Notes: generated by a model not told the origin, from the letters alone. Shown: positions 51,225 to 63,149, counted from the stretch's first letter. The stretch is 64,000 nt of DNA from Lama glama (GCA_028534125.1 CM052817.1:72170001-72234000); one strand, 5' to 3'. Program-made: numbers and translations.

Positions 51225-51299
51225 CAGGTCTATCATGTTGTTTGTTATTCAAGTCCTGGCCATAGAAGATGTTCACTTATTAATACATCTGGAATTTCC
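51225..51299 (-). other. Candidate non-coding exon (75 nt), unverified
   Basis: Minus strand: tcatttgctattaccctgtag|GGAAAT...GACCTG|gtaagt. Confidence 0.3.
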
Positions 51300-51692
51300 C
51301 TACAGGGTAATAGCAAATGATATTGCTAGATTTTGTAATATTTCTAGACGGGACTCACAATCCATTCAGTACATTCTTGGCACTAGAAACTTTTCTACCA
51401 TCAGCTAATAAAATATATAATTCCATGAAACTTCCAAATGTTATTTATTGGAAACCACAAAATGAGTTCCAACAACTTAATAGATAATTATATCTTTACT
51501 AAATATCAGATTTATTAAAAACGTATATTTCACTTTAGTTCTCTAAGAAGAAATTATGTTCTTTTAGTTGTAATCTTTTAAATTACACACACATGTTACC
51601 TGACATTCATTATGTCTTAAAAATAAGATGTTCTGATCTTATCACTAAAAACCACCCACAAATACTACAAGTGGTTACATATCGTATGAGAA

Positions 51693-51727
51693 ATATATAT
51701 ATATATGTGTATATATATATATATATA
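51693..51727. repeat. (TA)n microsatellite, interrupted
   Basis: Read directly. Confidence 0.9.
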
Positions 51728-52017
51728 AATGCAATTCCTCTTAATATTATTAGATGAAAACTGTGAACCTTAGCTCTGCATTTTTGGAATATTGCATTGT
51801 TTAGTAATTCATGTGTTCTTTGAAGAACAGATTATATTAAAAACTAATTTTCAAAATTAATAAGTCTTACAAAAATCTTTGGAGTGTATTCTTCATTCTA
51901 TTTATCCACCATATATTTGAAAAACATCATTATTTATGTGCATGTGTATGTGTGTGTGTCTGTGTGTAACACACACATATGTGTACATACTCACATATAG
52001 CCATTCAAATACATATG

Positions 52018-52455
52018 CGTGACACTTAATTTATATGTCACCTTGTCTGAGACATGAGGTGTCCAGATTGAACAGAATCTCTGGGGGTGTGTGTGACGCT
52101 GTTTCTCCATGGTACTAGTACTGGAATTGGTGGACTAGGTAAAGCAGATTGTTGTCCCTAGTCTGGGTGGACGTCATTCCATCTGTTGAGGGCCTGAAGA
52201 GAACAAAAACGGCAGAGGAAGGGGGAATTCACTCCTCGTAACTGTTGAACTGAGACGTCAGTCTTCTTCTGACCTCAGGGGACTGACGCCTTTGACCCTC
52301 CAGTTCTCAGGACCACACCACTGACTTTCCCATCTGCAGACAACAGACCATGGGACCTCTCAGCCTCCATAATAGTGTTAGCCATTTCTTTTTAATCTCT
52401 CTCTCTCTATGAATATGTAGAGAGATGGTCTATTTCTCTGGAGAAACCTTTATCA
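52018..52455 (+). mobile_element. MLT2 (ERVL) LTR
   Basis: ttaatttatatgtcaccttg, ggactaggtaaagcagattg, gttgagggcctgaagagaacaaaaa, cttcagcctccataat-like motif, tttctctggagaa end. Confidence 0.85.
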
Positions 52456-53424
52456 GAATCATGAAATTCCTTTATAGGATAAAGTGAGCTATAAATAAAA
52501 ATCTGAATCAAGTTTTCTACTCAGTATAGACATCATCTTATTTCTGTAGTAGGCTCCACTACCATATCTTTGTTACTCACCAGAAGTCTGAGGAAGAGGA
52601 GAGCGATGTGCTCATTATATGAGAACAGGGAAAGAATGGGGGGAAAATAATAGAGTGGAACAAGTAAATACAAAGGATAAAACGGCTTTCCTTTCTGTAT
52701 AACTGTTTCAAGGAGAGAGCAAATTGATATGTTTGGTCTGGTTCTAGACTGGCTCCAGGATTCAAAATTGTCAAACAGAAAATTCTTTAAATAGAATTAT
52801 CTCAATAAGCACTTGTGTCCATGACTTAGCAGCTGTGAGCTAGGCCACATGTGCTTAAAATACTGCTTAAATAGTCATGGAAGAAAAAAATAATGGTTAA
52901 AATGTTAATTACCACTAAATTCAAATAGTCCCTGAAATACCTTGGCAATTTACTTAACTGGCATGGTGGTTGGGAGTATGTAGCCTCCCTGTCCAGGAAT
53001 GTTAACTTTGTACAGGAGTTGGAACTATAAATATCCAATGTTTTTTTTTTTAATTATGTTAAAAATGAAGTAAAAACTTCTTTTGGCCCTTGGAGAGTTG
53101 GAAATATCTCCTCAAATATGGTGTCACTGGAGCTGTTTAAACATAAGTCAAAGTCTGTTTAAAACGACTTGCTTGGTTAACTAACCTCTTAATTTCCTTT
53201 CTGCATTAACCAAGGCTATCCCTCCCTCCTAGTGAAGGACAGTGACTAAGAGGATCTGCCCCTATTCTCTCCTTTGGAGTGAGATGTGTCCCCAAATGGT
53301 TTTTGTTTACCAAATATCTTTATGCTGATTGCACTTGTCATTCTAATTCCATCATTTAATTAAGATGAAATAAACCAACTAAATTTATGTGAATAAAGAC
53401 ATTTGCTTCTATGAGAATTAAGTT

Positions 53425-54100
53425 GAATTCTACCTGACAGATAGGAGTAATTGAACACATGTGTTTATCTACACTCTTTCCTAAAACTCCATGACGGGGA
53501 AGGACTACAAGTTACAAGCCCATAAGGGTAAAGAGGATGGGAAAGGAGACAATGACAGATATTCAAGTAGATGAACATGTGGTAATTAACTTACAAGGTC
53601 AGAGAAAGTTAAAATTCAAGCCATCATACAGGGAAACCAATAAGAAAACAATTCAACTGCTATCACAGCATTGTGCCAGGTTCAAAAATTTAAATACCAG
53701 AGAATTTTGGGGCAAAGGGCTGAAAACAGGACTAGTGGAAATTCTGTACAAGGAAGCTTACAACTGCAGATCATTTTTTCCACCCATTATGTATCCAATC
53801 ACCTACCTTATTCCTGATTAGGCATAAGATGAGGGATTGCATTATACAGATATTGAAATAGACCTGGTCTATATTCAGGGATGACAGACACTGCTATGGG
53901 CAGGCTGAAGGGAATATTTAAATGTACCCACACAGGGGTGACACCTAGTCCACCTCCCACTGTTCAGCTTACAGAATGTTTATATCCTCTAAAAGGAGAC
54001 GGGATACAGCTTTTGATAGAGACTGACAGCCTTAAAAGAAACAACACACATGTACAGACATTCAGGACAGGATGGTTCTAGGAAGTGTTCAGATGCTCAC
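53425..54100 (+). mobile_element. Ancient L1ME/HAL1-type 5' region
   Basis: gaacacatgtgtttatct..ctctttcctaaaactcc, aagaggatgggaaaggagac, gtggtaattaactta; highly diverged. Confidence 0.4.
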
Positions 54101-54624
54101 TTGGTCCTCCCAGAATGATTTGCATTATTTATATTCATAATCCTGTTCATATTCACAAGGTTGCCACATTTGTGTGTGTGTTTTGTTCTTGAATAGGAAC
54201 TATTAGGCCAAATATAATCTTCTATGGATTAACTCTCAAGTTTTCTACAGCTTTCCAATTCACTCTTGGTCTTTCTGGTGTTTTTCCTCCCTCTGTGGGA
54301 TTTCCTCAAATCTATTTCTCTACCAGCACTTCCTTTAACTTTTTAAATGCAATAAATGTTATTATTCTCTGAGAGTAATTTTTGTCTAGTGTTCTAATCT
54401 AGTTTTATGGATTCTGTATTTTCTCACATCTCTTGGAATTTACTGATTATTAGAAGGCATTGAATTTTATTGTCTCTAAGTCAGTAATAAATAACAACAG
54501 AAATCATGTACAAGAGAGGTTCCCCCCCTGCCCACACACATGCACCCACAGCAAGTTGAAAGTTGTGGATAGATTTAATATTAACATGTATCACATTTAA
54601 AGTATCACTACAGAATTACATTCT

Positions 54625-54834
54625 GCAGCCACTATGGAGGACAGTATGGAGGTTCCTTAAAAAATTAAAAATAGACTTACCATATGATCCTACAATCCCA
54701 CTCCTGGGCATATATCCAGAAAAACTATAATTCAAAAAGACACATGCACCCCAATGTTCTTAGCAGCACTATTTACAGTAGCCAAAACATGGAAACAACC
54801 CAAATGTTCATTGACAGATGACTGGATAAAGAAG

Positions 54835-54890
<56 letters not shown>

Positions 54891-55350
54891 AATGGAATAT
54901 TACTCAGCCATAAAAAAGAACGAAATAATACCATTTACAGCAACATGGAGGGACCTAGAGATTATCATATTAAGTGAAGTAAGTCAGACAGAGAAAGATA
55001 AATATCATATGATATCACTTATATGTGGAATCTAAAAATAATGATGCATATTCTATTTTAAACCAAAAGCAGACTCACAGACATAGAAAACAAACTGTGG
55101 TTATCAAAAAGGAAAGGGCAGGGAGGGATAAATTAGGGGTTAGGGATTAACAGACACAATATATATGAAATAGATAAACAATAAAGACCTACTGTATAGC
55201 ACAGGGAGCTATATTCAATTTCTTATAAGAACATATAGTAGAAAGAATCTGAAAAGAAAAATAATATATTTGGATGTATATGTATAACTGAATCACTTTG
55301 CTGTGCATCTGAAACTAATGTTATAAATCAACTACACTTCAATAAAAAAA
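54625..55350 (+). mobile_element. Young 5'-truncated L1 (ORF2 C-terminus, 3' UTR, polyA) with TSD
   Basis: ORF 54754-55035 encodes AALFTVAKTWKQPKC...WIKK...MEYYSAIKKNEI...LSEVSQ; upstream [14 protein letters not shown]...[12 protein letters not shown] is one frameshift away; aataaaaaaa at 55341; TSD aagtatcactacaga (54600-54614) / aagtatctctacaga (55360-55374). Confidence 0.95.
54838..54889. repeat. (TG)26 microsatellite inside L1 ORF2
   Basis: Read directly. Confidence 0.95.
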
Positions 55351-57006
55351 GTTTTTTTGAAGTATCTCTACAGACTTAGATATTAGCAAGCTTACTAAAA
55401 GATATAGGGGGAGAGGAAAAGCCCCATTTAGATTTTCCATTTAGGTTGCTTTGTAAATGTAATTAAGTTCACTCTCTACTTGGAAGAATCAAACCTGGGT
55501 ATGATAATATATGCGCCACGGGTACGATTTTTGCTGGAAAAACTACAAAACTGCAACCTCGGGACTTCCTCGGAAAAAGAGGCATGGACCAATGTAAGGG
55601 GAAGAAATACACAACATAAAGCCTTATGTTAAAAGAACATGTTTAAGGGTTGTGCCTTTCTGATGATTTGATAACTGTTTTCCTCTGTCAGAGCTTTTGT
55701 GTGTGTGTATGTGACTAAGTGACCAACGACTGGACTCACTGAGCTGGAGAAGAGTGTGTTTGTGGGCATCACCAAGACCTAGCAGAGTTCTTGAGAGGAG
55801 CAAAATGGTAACAGCCCTTCTCCTCTAAGTTTCAGAGAACAGTTTTTCTGTATTTCATCCCACTTTTGGCTGTGGATTAGAAAAGCAAAAGAAGACCCCT
55901 ATTTCCACCTGCAAGCTCCATCTTATTTTAAAGCCTGAGAGGGATAGGAGAGGGCTGCCCTTCCTTCTCCTGGAGGAAGGGTCTTCCTTCAAGCAAATCG
56001 GTCTGGCGGTGCACCTAGCAGTTTCCTATCTCAGCTTCGCTTGGTAACGAGAAGGCTGACTCCTTCTGCTAAACACCTCCCAGCTCTGTGTACAGAGGTT
56101 GAGGACAGCTAAACACTCAGCCACTTTCTTCCCTGCAGCAGCCTCTCCCGCTTCTGGACAGAGATTTCCTACAGGGCACAACATTTGTTTCCCTGTCTAA
56201 GTCCTAAATTCTTCAAAAGCCGGGCTCGTGTGTCCTATCATATTATTCTTTTTCTCTTTCTTTCCTTTTTTTTTCCTTTTACTTCCATTTTTCAGCAAAA
56301 ACAGTGCTACAAACTTACTAGTTGCTTAATCCACTATGGCAGGAGAGGAGGTTGCTGATAACTTTGCCTGGAAATGGGGGATTAATTTTGTTCTTCCAAT
56401 TATTCTGAACTTTCTTTCTCTTTCCAAAGTTTTGCTCTTGTTAGACTTGCTGAAACTTTGTCCTAAAATTAGGAGGGCTTGGTATAATTCAGAGATGTTT
56501 CAAGAATGGAAAATGACAGTTGAATAAAGCACAGAAAAGTGATGTCCAACGTTGTTGCTGTTTATCTAAGATGCAGGGAATAAGTGGTTTCTCTTAATGT
56601 TGCGATGACCTGTTCATTAACAGCTATGTGCAGTGCATGACTTTATGACAGATTATTTCCAATTTCTCTGTTCTATCTTTTATGACAATACTGTAATTCA
56701 TTTAACTTAAACATCTGCTCTAGTAACCCAATATATTGATTTTATTTTATGGTAAATAAGTTATATTTTAAATTATTTAGGAATAAAAATATCAGATATT
56801 TTATTTTATCTTCATTTATTCCTTCCCCAATGCTTTTCCTTTTTTATGTAGACCATTTATGAGCTATGTTGTTGTCTTTTATGCCTGAAGAACTGCTTTA
56901 ATATTTCTTACAGGGCTAGCCAGTTGGCAATGAATTCCATAAATTTTTGTTTGTGTGAGAAATTCTTTATTTCTCCTTCACTTGTTTATTGGTGAAAGTA
57001 CTGTAA

Positions 57007-57294
57007 TTTTATTTATTTTTTAATTGAGGTGTAGTCAGTTACAATGTGTCAGTCTATGGTGTACAGCATAATCTTTCAGTCATACATAAATATACATATA
57101 TTTGCTTTCATACTCTTTTCATTATAGGTTACTACAAAACAGAAACAGACTCACACAGCAAACAAACTTATGGTTAGCAGGAGAAAGGGGATGGGAAGGG
57201 ATAAATTGGGAGTTTGAGATTTGCAGATATTAACTACTATATATAAAATAGATGAACAACAAGTTTCTTCTGTACAGCACAGGGAACTATATTC
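57007..57294 (-). mobile_element. Young L1 3' end with 5' inversion
   Basis: 57007-57137 is antisense 3' UTR plus polyT; 57138-57294 is the adjacent upstream L1 segment in the opposite orientation; TSD ttctccttcactt (56971-56983) / ttctcttttactt (57292-57304). Confidence 0.85.
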
Positions 57295-57899
57295 TCTTTT
57301 ACTTTTGAAGGGTGATTTTACTAGATAGAGAATTATACATTTGTGGGTTTTATCTTTCAATATGCTAAATATTTCACTTCATTTTCCTCTTTCTCGCTTG
57401 GTGTTTAATGAGAAGTCTTCCTGTAACCCTTATCCTTGTTTCTTTTTCTGTAAGGTGACTTTTTTTCCCCTCTAGCATCTTTCCAGATCTGTTTTTGTCT
57501 TTGGTTTTCTGGACTTTGAATATAATATTCTTAGATGTAGATTTTTTTGTATTTTCCTATTTGATGTTCTTGAGCTTCCTAGATATGTGGTTTGGTGCTT
57601 GCTATTCATTTTGGAAAATTGTAAGCTATTTTTATTTTAAATATTTTTCTGCTTTAGTCTCTACTCTCCTAATATTTCAATTAAATTGCATGTATGTTAT
57701 ATCTTGGAAAATGTCTTAATTAGAAGTCCTGGGGTTTTGTTTTTCCCCCATTCTTTATTTTTTTCCTCCTTATTTTCAGTTTTGGAAATTTCTATCGACC
57801 TATCTTGAAGCTCACATCAGTTTTGTCCAATCTACTGATGAGGCCATCAAAGGTATTCTTCATTTCTGGTTAGTGTTTTTGATTTCTCGCATTTCCTTT

Positions 57900-58880
57900 T
57901 GTTGTGTTAGGATGAAATTCATACAACATACAATTCATTTTAAAGTGAACAATTCAGCATTTAATGCATTCACAATGTTGTGCAATCACCAACTCTCTCT
58001 GGTTTCAAACTTTTTGAAAAACTCCATACCCAAACAAACCCATAACAAATATGATAATAATGAGTAAGTTTGAAATATTGTAAGAATTACCAAAATGTGA
58101 TAGAGACATGAAGTAAGCAAATATTGTTGGAAAAATGGCACCTGTAGAGTTGCCTGATGCAGAATTGCCAGAAACCTTCAATTTGTAAGAAACACAGTAT
58201 CTGTTTAAGTACAATAAAATGAGTGATGCCTCTAATGCTCTTATAAACACTTACGTACAAGTTTCTGTGTGGACATGTGTTTTTATTTATATTTCTCCTG
58301 GGTATGTATCTAGGAGTGGAATTGCCGGGTCATATGGTAATTCTATGTTTAACTTTTTGAGGACCAGCTAAACTGCTTCCACAGTGTTTGCATCATCTTA
58401 CATCTTACCAGCAATGTACAAGTGTCCTTCCTTCTCCACATTCTTGACAACCCCTGTTGTTTTCCATTTTTTTGATTAAAGCCATCTTGGTGGACATGAA
58501 GCAGTATATCACTGTGGTTTTTATTCTCATTTCCTCAGTGAGCAATGTTTTTGAATATCTCTCTGTGTACTTGTCGTCCAGTTGTATATTTTTGGAAAAA
58601 TGTTTGATCCCTTTGCGCATTTTTTAATTGAGTTGCTGGTCTTTTTGTTGTTGAGTTGTTAGAGATTGTTATAATCCTAGATATAAAAATCTTAACAGAT
58701 ATATGACTTGAAAATATTTTTCCCATTCTGTGAATTGTCTTTTTAGATTGTAATGCCTTTTGGTGAACAAAAGTTTTTAACTTTAAGGAAGTTCACTTTT
58801 TCTGTTTTCTTTTGTTGCTTATACTTTAAGTGTCAAACCTAAGAATCTGTTGCCAAACCTTAAATCATAAAGACTCTTCC
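57900..58880 (-). mobile_element. L1MB 3' UTR/ORF2 fragment nested in L1MC
   Basis: aaagtgaacaattcagcatttaatgcattcacaatgttgtgcaatcacc; ctaggagtggaattgccgggtcatatggtaattctatgtttaac. Confidence 0.85.
58040..58232 (-). mobile_element. Tigger1 DNA transposon terminal fragment
   Basis: aagtttgaaatattgtaagaattaccaaaatgtga, gttggaaaaatggc, ttgccagaaaccttcaatttgtaa, TIR-like gatgcctc followed by TA. Confidence 0.85.
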
Positions 58881-59589
58881 TTACAGTTTCCACATTCTGC
58901 TTACATTACCTGTCTGTCCTTGCATGTTGTCTATGTTTTCTATTAGGGTCCTTGATGTATTAGTTGCAGTTATTTTAAATACCCTGTCTGATTAATCCAT
59001 GGAGGTGTTGTGCCTGAGTTGGCTCTGATGCTTGCTTGATCTCTTCAGCTGTGTTTTTAATTGCTTCTTGGCTTGGCTTTTATGTACCTTTTTGTTGAAA
59101 GTCAGACATGTTGTAGAGGATTCCTATTAATTTGATTAGGAGTTAGGCTATGTTTAATGTTTGCTATTTTTAATGTTTATGTGCCAGAGGTTTGAAATCC
59201 ATCTAGTGTCCTTGTTCTCATCTCTCCATTATCTCTGAGCTTCCCTGAGAACTCTTCCTTAGTCGGAGCCTGAGTCTTGATACTCTTTTATCCCTAATTT
59301 CACTGACATTATACTGGGTCCCTGTTGATGGTGGTAAAATGTGATGGAGGGAAAACATTCCATAATCTTATAATTTCATCTCAGTCTTTCAGTGGGCCTA
59401 TGTCTCTAGGTTGTAACATTTATAAGTGTTTCTCTGCTTCCCACTCCTCCTTGCCCCATACCCATAGGTGAGTCAGGAAGTCTAGAGGGAGCTGGAGTGA
59501 GGGAAAATATCTTTCCCCAGATGGGGATTAGACTCTGGTAAAGTCTTTTCTGTTAAACAGTAGGCTTCTGTTATAAAGAACAGATGTAT

Positions 59590-60010
59590 TAATATGAGCT
59601 TATGATTTTTCTTCTTTAGCTTGTTCATGTGATAGATTATGTTAATTGATTTTTCAAGTGTTGAACCATCCTTGCATACCAGTTGAACCATCCTTGCATA
59701 CTCACTTGATCATAATGTATAATTCTTTGTCTACATTGTTGGATTTGATTTGCTAATGTTTTGTTGAGGATTTTTGCATCTATGTTTATGAGCGCTATTG
59801 GGCTGTAGTTTTCTTTTCCGGTAATGTCTTTGTCTGGGTTTGGTATTAGGGTAACACTGGCCTCATAGATGGAGTTAGGATGCATTCCACTTGCTTTTAT
59901 ACTCTGAAAGAGATTATAAAGAATTGGTATAATTTCTCCCTTAAAAGTTTGGTAGAATTCGTCAGTGAATTCATCTGGTTCTGGTACTTTCTTTTTTGAA
60001 ATGTTATTCA
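59590..60010 (-). mobile_element. L1 ORF2 reverse-transcriptase fragment
   Basis: ORF 59637-59885: [18 protein letters not shown]...[25 protein letters not shown]...DQV..MQGWFN. Confidence 0.9.
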
Positions 60011-61129
60011 GTTGTGTTTGTGTTTTTCTCTTCCCCCAGGTCAGTTAGACTCTGATTAATACTCCAGCAGGTTAGGCTCTAGCTAACTAGTTTCTCCTAA
60101 GGGTAATATTATTAAGCAGGACACAGTGTTGTGACATATTTCAAAATGGTTTCTTATCTCCTCCCCTTTCCAGAAGCATGAGGGAATTTTTCTCTGAGAT
60201 TTACTACAAGAACCTGATTGAACTGTAGGTAAATCCCCTCATGACTGGAGGTTTTAACTGTCATAGTTGTTCACACATTAAGCACTTTCTTAATTACAGT
60301 TGGGGTGCTCCTCTCCTGGCACTGGTACCTGTGGCAGCTTTCACTCATCAGTCTCTGCTCCAGTAAGCCATGACTCCTTGTGTTCTCCTGTCAGTCTCTC
60401 TAATCTTGTAGAAAACATTTTGCCTTGTGCTCAACCCTCTCTTACAGATCCAAGAAGGTGTTGATTTTCAGTCTGTTTAATTTTTTTTTTAACTTGTTAG
60501 AATGGAGTAGCAACTTCTAAGCTCCTTGCATGTGGATCTGGAAACCAGAAGTTTCATTGCCTTTTTCATTTTACTTTTTAATAGAATAAAATGTCATATA
60601 AGTTATAATGTTTAGGGATGGTAATGTATTTAATCTTATCAAGTTCACAGGTTGGATTTTTAGATATTTTGGAGTTCATACTATCATTTATAATTTCTGA
60701 TCATTAGTTACATTTACTTATAGTTAGTAATAATTAGAAGCAATACAAAGACTTAAAAATTGTCAGAATATATACAAATGGTAGATTTTTGAAAGGCAAA
60801 TAATAAGACTTTCATTTTGGCACTGTAGCAAACTAGATTCCCTGAAACTTTTTTCAGAAAAAATTTTTTTAGAAAAAGATTACCCTCTATATAAAAGGCA
60901 CTTAGAAATGCTGGCTAAAATACAATAATATTTTAAAGGAATATGTAAAGGAATATTGGGCTTACAAGAAAGTCAAAGAAATGTCCTGTGGTTCCATACT
61001 AGAAAGACTCTGGAAACCAGAGAGGTTAGTGTGTACAAAAGCTGTTGCTTCATCAGCTTCATGCAGTTCTTATCTAAGGATTTTTGGAGATGAAACCTCA
61101 GCATTCAGGGCACACCTCTGACACTGTTT

Positions 61130-61270
61130 CTTGTATCACAACCTTACATATACATCCATCACTAGACTGAGTTCTTTGAAGGCAAGAATATTACCTTAGT
61201 CATCTTTTGTCCCCAGGGTTTATGTATGCAACTTACACGTGGAAATAACCCAGTAAATATCTACTGAAAT
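61130..61270 (+). mobile_element. L2 3' tail
   Basis: cactagactgagttctttgaaggcaaga...cagtaaatatctactgaa. Confidence 0.6.
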
Positions 61271-61289
61271 AAAGATAAAATAATTATGC

Positions 61290-62190
61290 TTGAGAGAAAC
61301 GACAATTATCTACAGAGAATCGACATTAGATTAGGAGCAGAATTCTTACAGCAACAATTGGAGCCAAAAAATTCAGAATACTATATGAAGTGTCTTTGAG
61401 AAAAAGTAAGTCTTTACATCACTTAAGGAGAAAAAATACAATTATGGACAAATTGAAAATAGAAAGTTTATCACCATTCAACCATTCTAAAACAATGTTT
61501 GAAAGCTCTTCTTCATGAAAAAGGAAATTGATTTCTGAAAGAAGTACTGAGATGCAACGAGAAATAGCAAGGAAAGAAATTAGTAAACATGTAGATCAAT
61601 TTGAACAAACATTGACTATATAACACAATCATAATGAATAATATGGGAGAGGATAACCAAAGAAAATGATATTCAAATCTTATAAAATAATAATATGTAA
61701 GAATATAGACTGCAATCATTTTTATAATGGTTTAAGATCCTTGTATTTTAAGTATGCATAATAAAAATTAAAGGTAACCACTAAAGAACAGAAGCAGTAC
61801 ATAATTCCTAAATAAAGTAGAGAATGAAATTTTAAAAATTAATCCAAAGGAATGCCAAAAAAGTATAGAAAAAGGATCTTTAGAAAGTACATAATAAAAA
61901 GTAGAAATAATTCCATAAATACAAATAGAACAAATTCATTAATTAAATTACAAAATTCTGAGATTAAATGAAAAAACTCAAGTAGCAGAACAATGTTTCT
62001 AATACTATTTATATAAATGTTATAAACATGCAAAGGTGACACTATTTTTAGGAATCATGCAGCCCTAATAAAAAATAAAGAAATTTCTGATGATAAATAT
62101 TTAATTTAGGACAGTGATGATCTTAGGAGTACACTGAGTAGTTGATATATGGTGAACTAGTTAACTTTTCATGTTTTTCATAGATCTGAA
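61290..62190 (+). mobile_element. Ancient L1ME ORF1/inter-ORF fragments
   Basis: attagattaggagcagaattctt..agcaacaattggagcca; aaggtaaccactaaagaacagaa; attaatccaaaggaa. Confidence 0.5.
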
Positions 62191-63149
62191 ACATTTGCCA
62201 ATGTCTTTGGTGAAAACCCAAGTTGGATTTTAATCTGATTTTAATCAAGACATTACTGTAATCAGTGTTAATGCATGATTTTGACTCTCAGAAAATTCTC
62301 CATGCGTTGCCTTGTGGCATTTCAATTGTACGTATTTTAGTTATTTGGCCACCTGCTGCTTTGATGCTTGATGTAGTATCTTCAAATTATGGCACTGAAA
62401 GATGACAGGAGCAAAGAAACCAGTTTTCATAAGCAGCATCTTAGAAGCTGAACCACATTTTAGATCCTGAAAGATGAGAAATAGCTTCAGCTGTGGGAAA
62501 ACTGGAATGTAGAAAAACATTTAAGCCAGTGTCTGGTTACAAGAATTTTTTATCTTAACTACTGCTCATTTTTAAGGGATGCCATTTTAGGGAGTGCGAA
62601 GAGCAGAATGAATTCCTTTATTCTCTCAGCTTCTAACACTACAATCTGTACCATCTGTATTAAATGACTCTATTTGCCCAGTGGAGCAGTAGAGTTTGTT
62701 ATATTAGCCTTTGTGAGATAAATGACTTGTTAGAATGCTCCAGTTTAACCAATGTGAAATTCCCAATCTCTTGCCAATCCTTAGACCTGGTTTGAGTGTT
62801 GACAGAATGTTCACTAAAATCACTGCAGAGACTGACACATAACACCCAATCAGTGGTTCTCTTCTCCTCTCAATTTTTCTTTCTTCTGCAGTACATTCTT
62901 TCACCTTTTGGATATTGTTGAACAAATGCCTTCTTTTCTTTTCTTTTTCTCAATAATATTAAAAAAGTGATGGAGGTATTTACTGAAGACTTTTTCATTG
63001 TGATTTCTGCTGAGGCATTTGGTTTACTTCATTACTCATACTACAGACACAAGGGAATATGATTGTAAATAATAAGAGAGTATTCACCAGAGCAATGTCA
63101 TAAGAAGGTAAATTTAAAAATTATGGCTACCTATGCAAAATACGTGTAT

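Larger units (their letters stand above)
56640..60555 (-). mobile_element. L1MC-like element with recognisable 5' end, carrying nested insertions
   Basis: 5' end at about 60555 (minus strand gaaacttctggtttccagatccacatgcaaggagcttagaag); ORF1-region antisense ctactgatgaggccatcaaaggtattcttc; gtgagaaattctttatttctccttcactt. Confidence 0.75.

Noticed and set aside
51935..52000. TG/CA fold-back hairpin
   Set aside because: Low-complexity microsatellite self-complementarity
54754..59885. Protein-coding calls for ORFs 54754-55035 and 59637-59885
   Set aside because: Fragments of L1 ORF2 in truncated, frameshifted elements, not host genes
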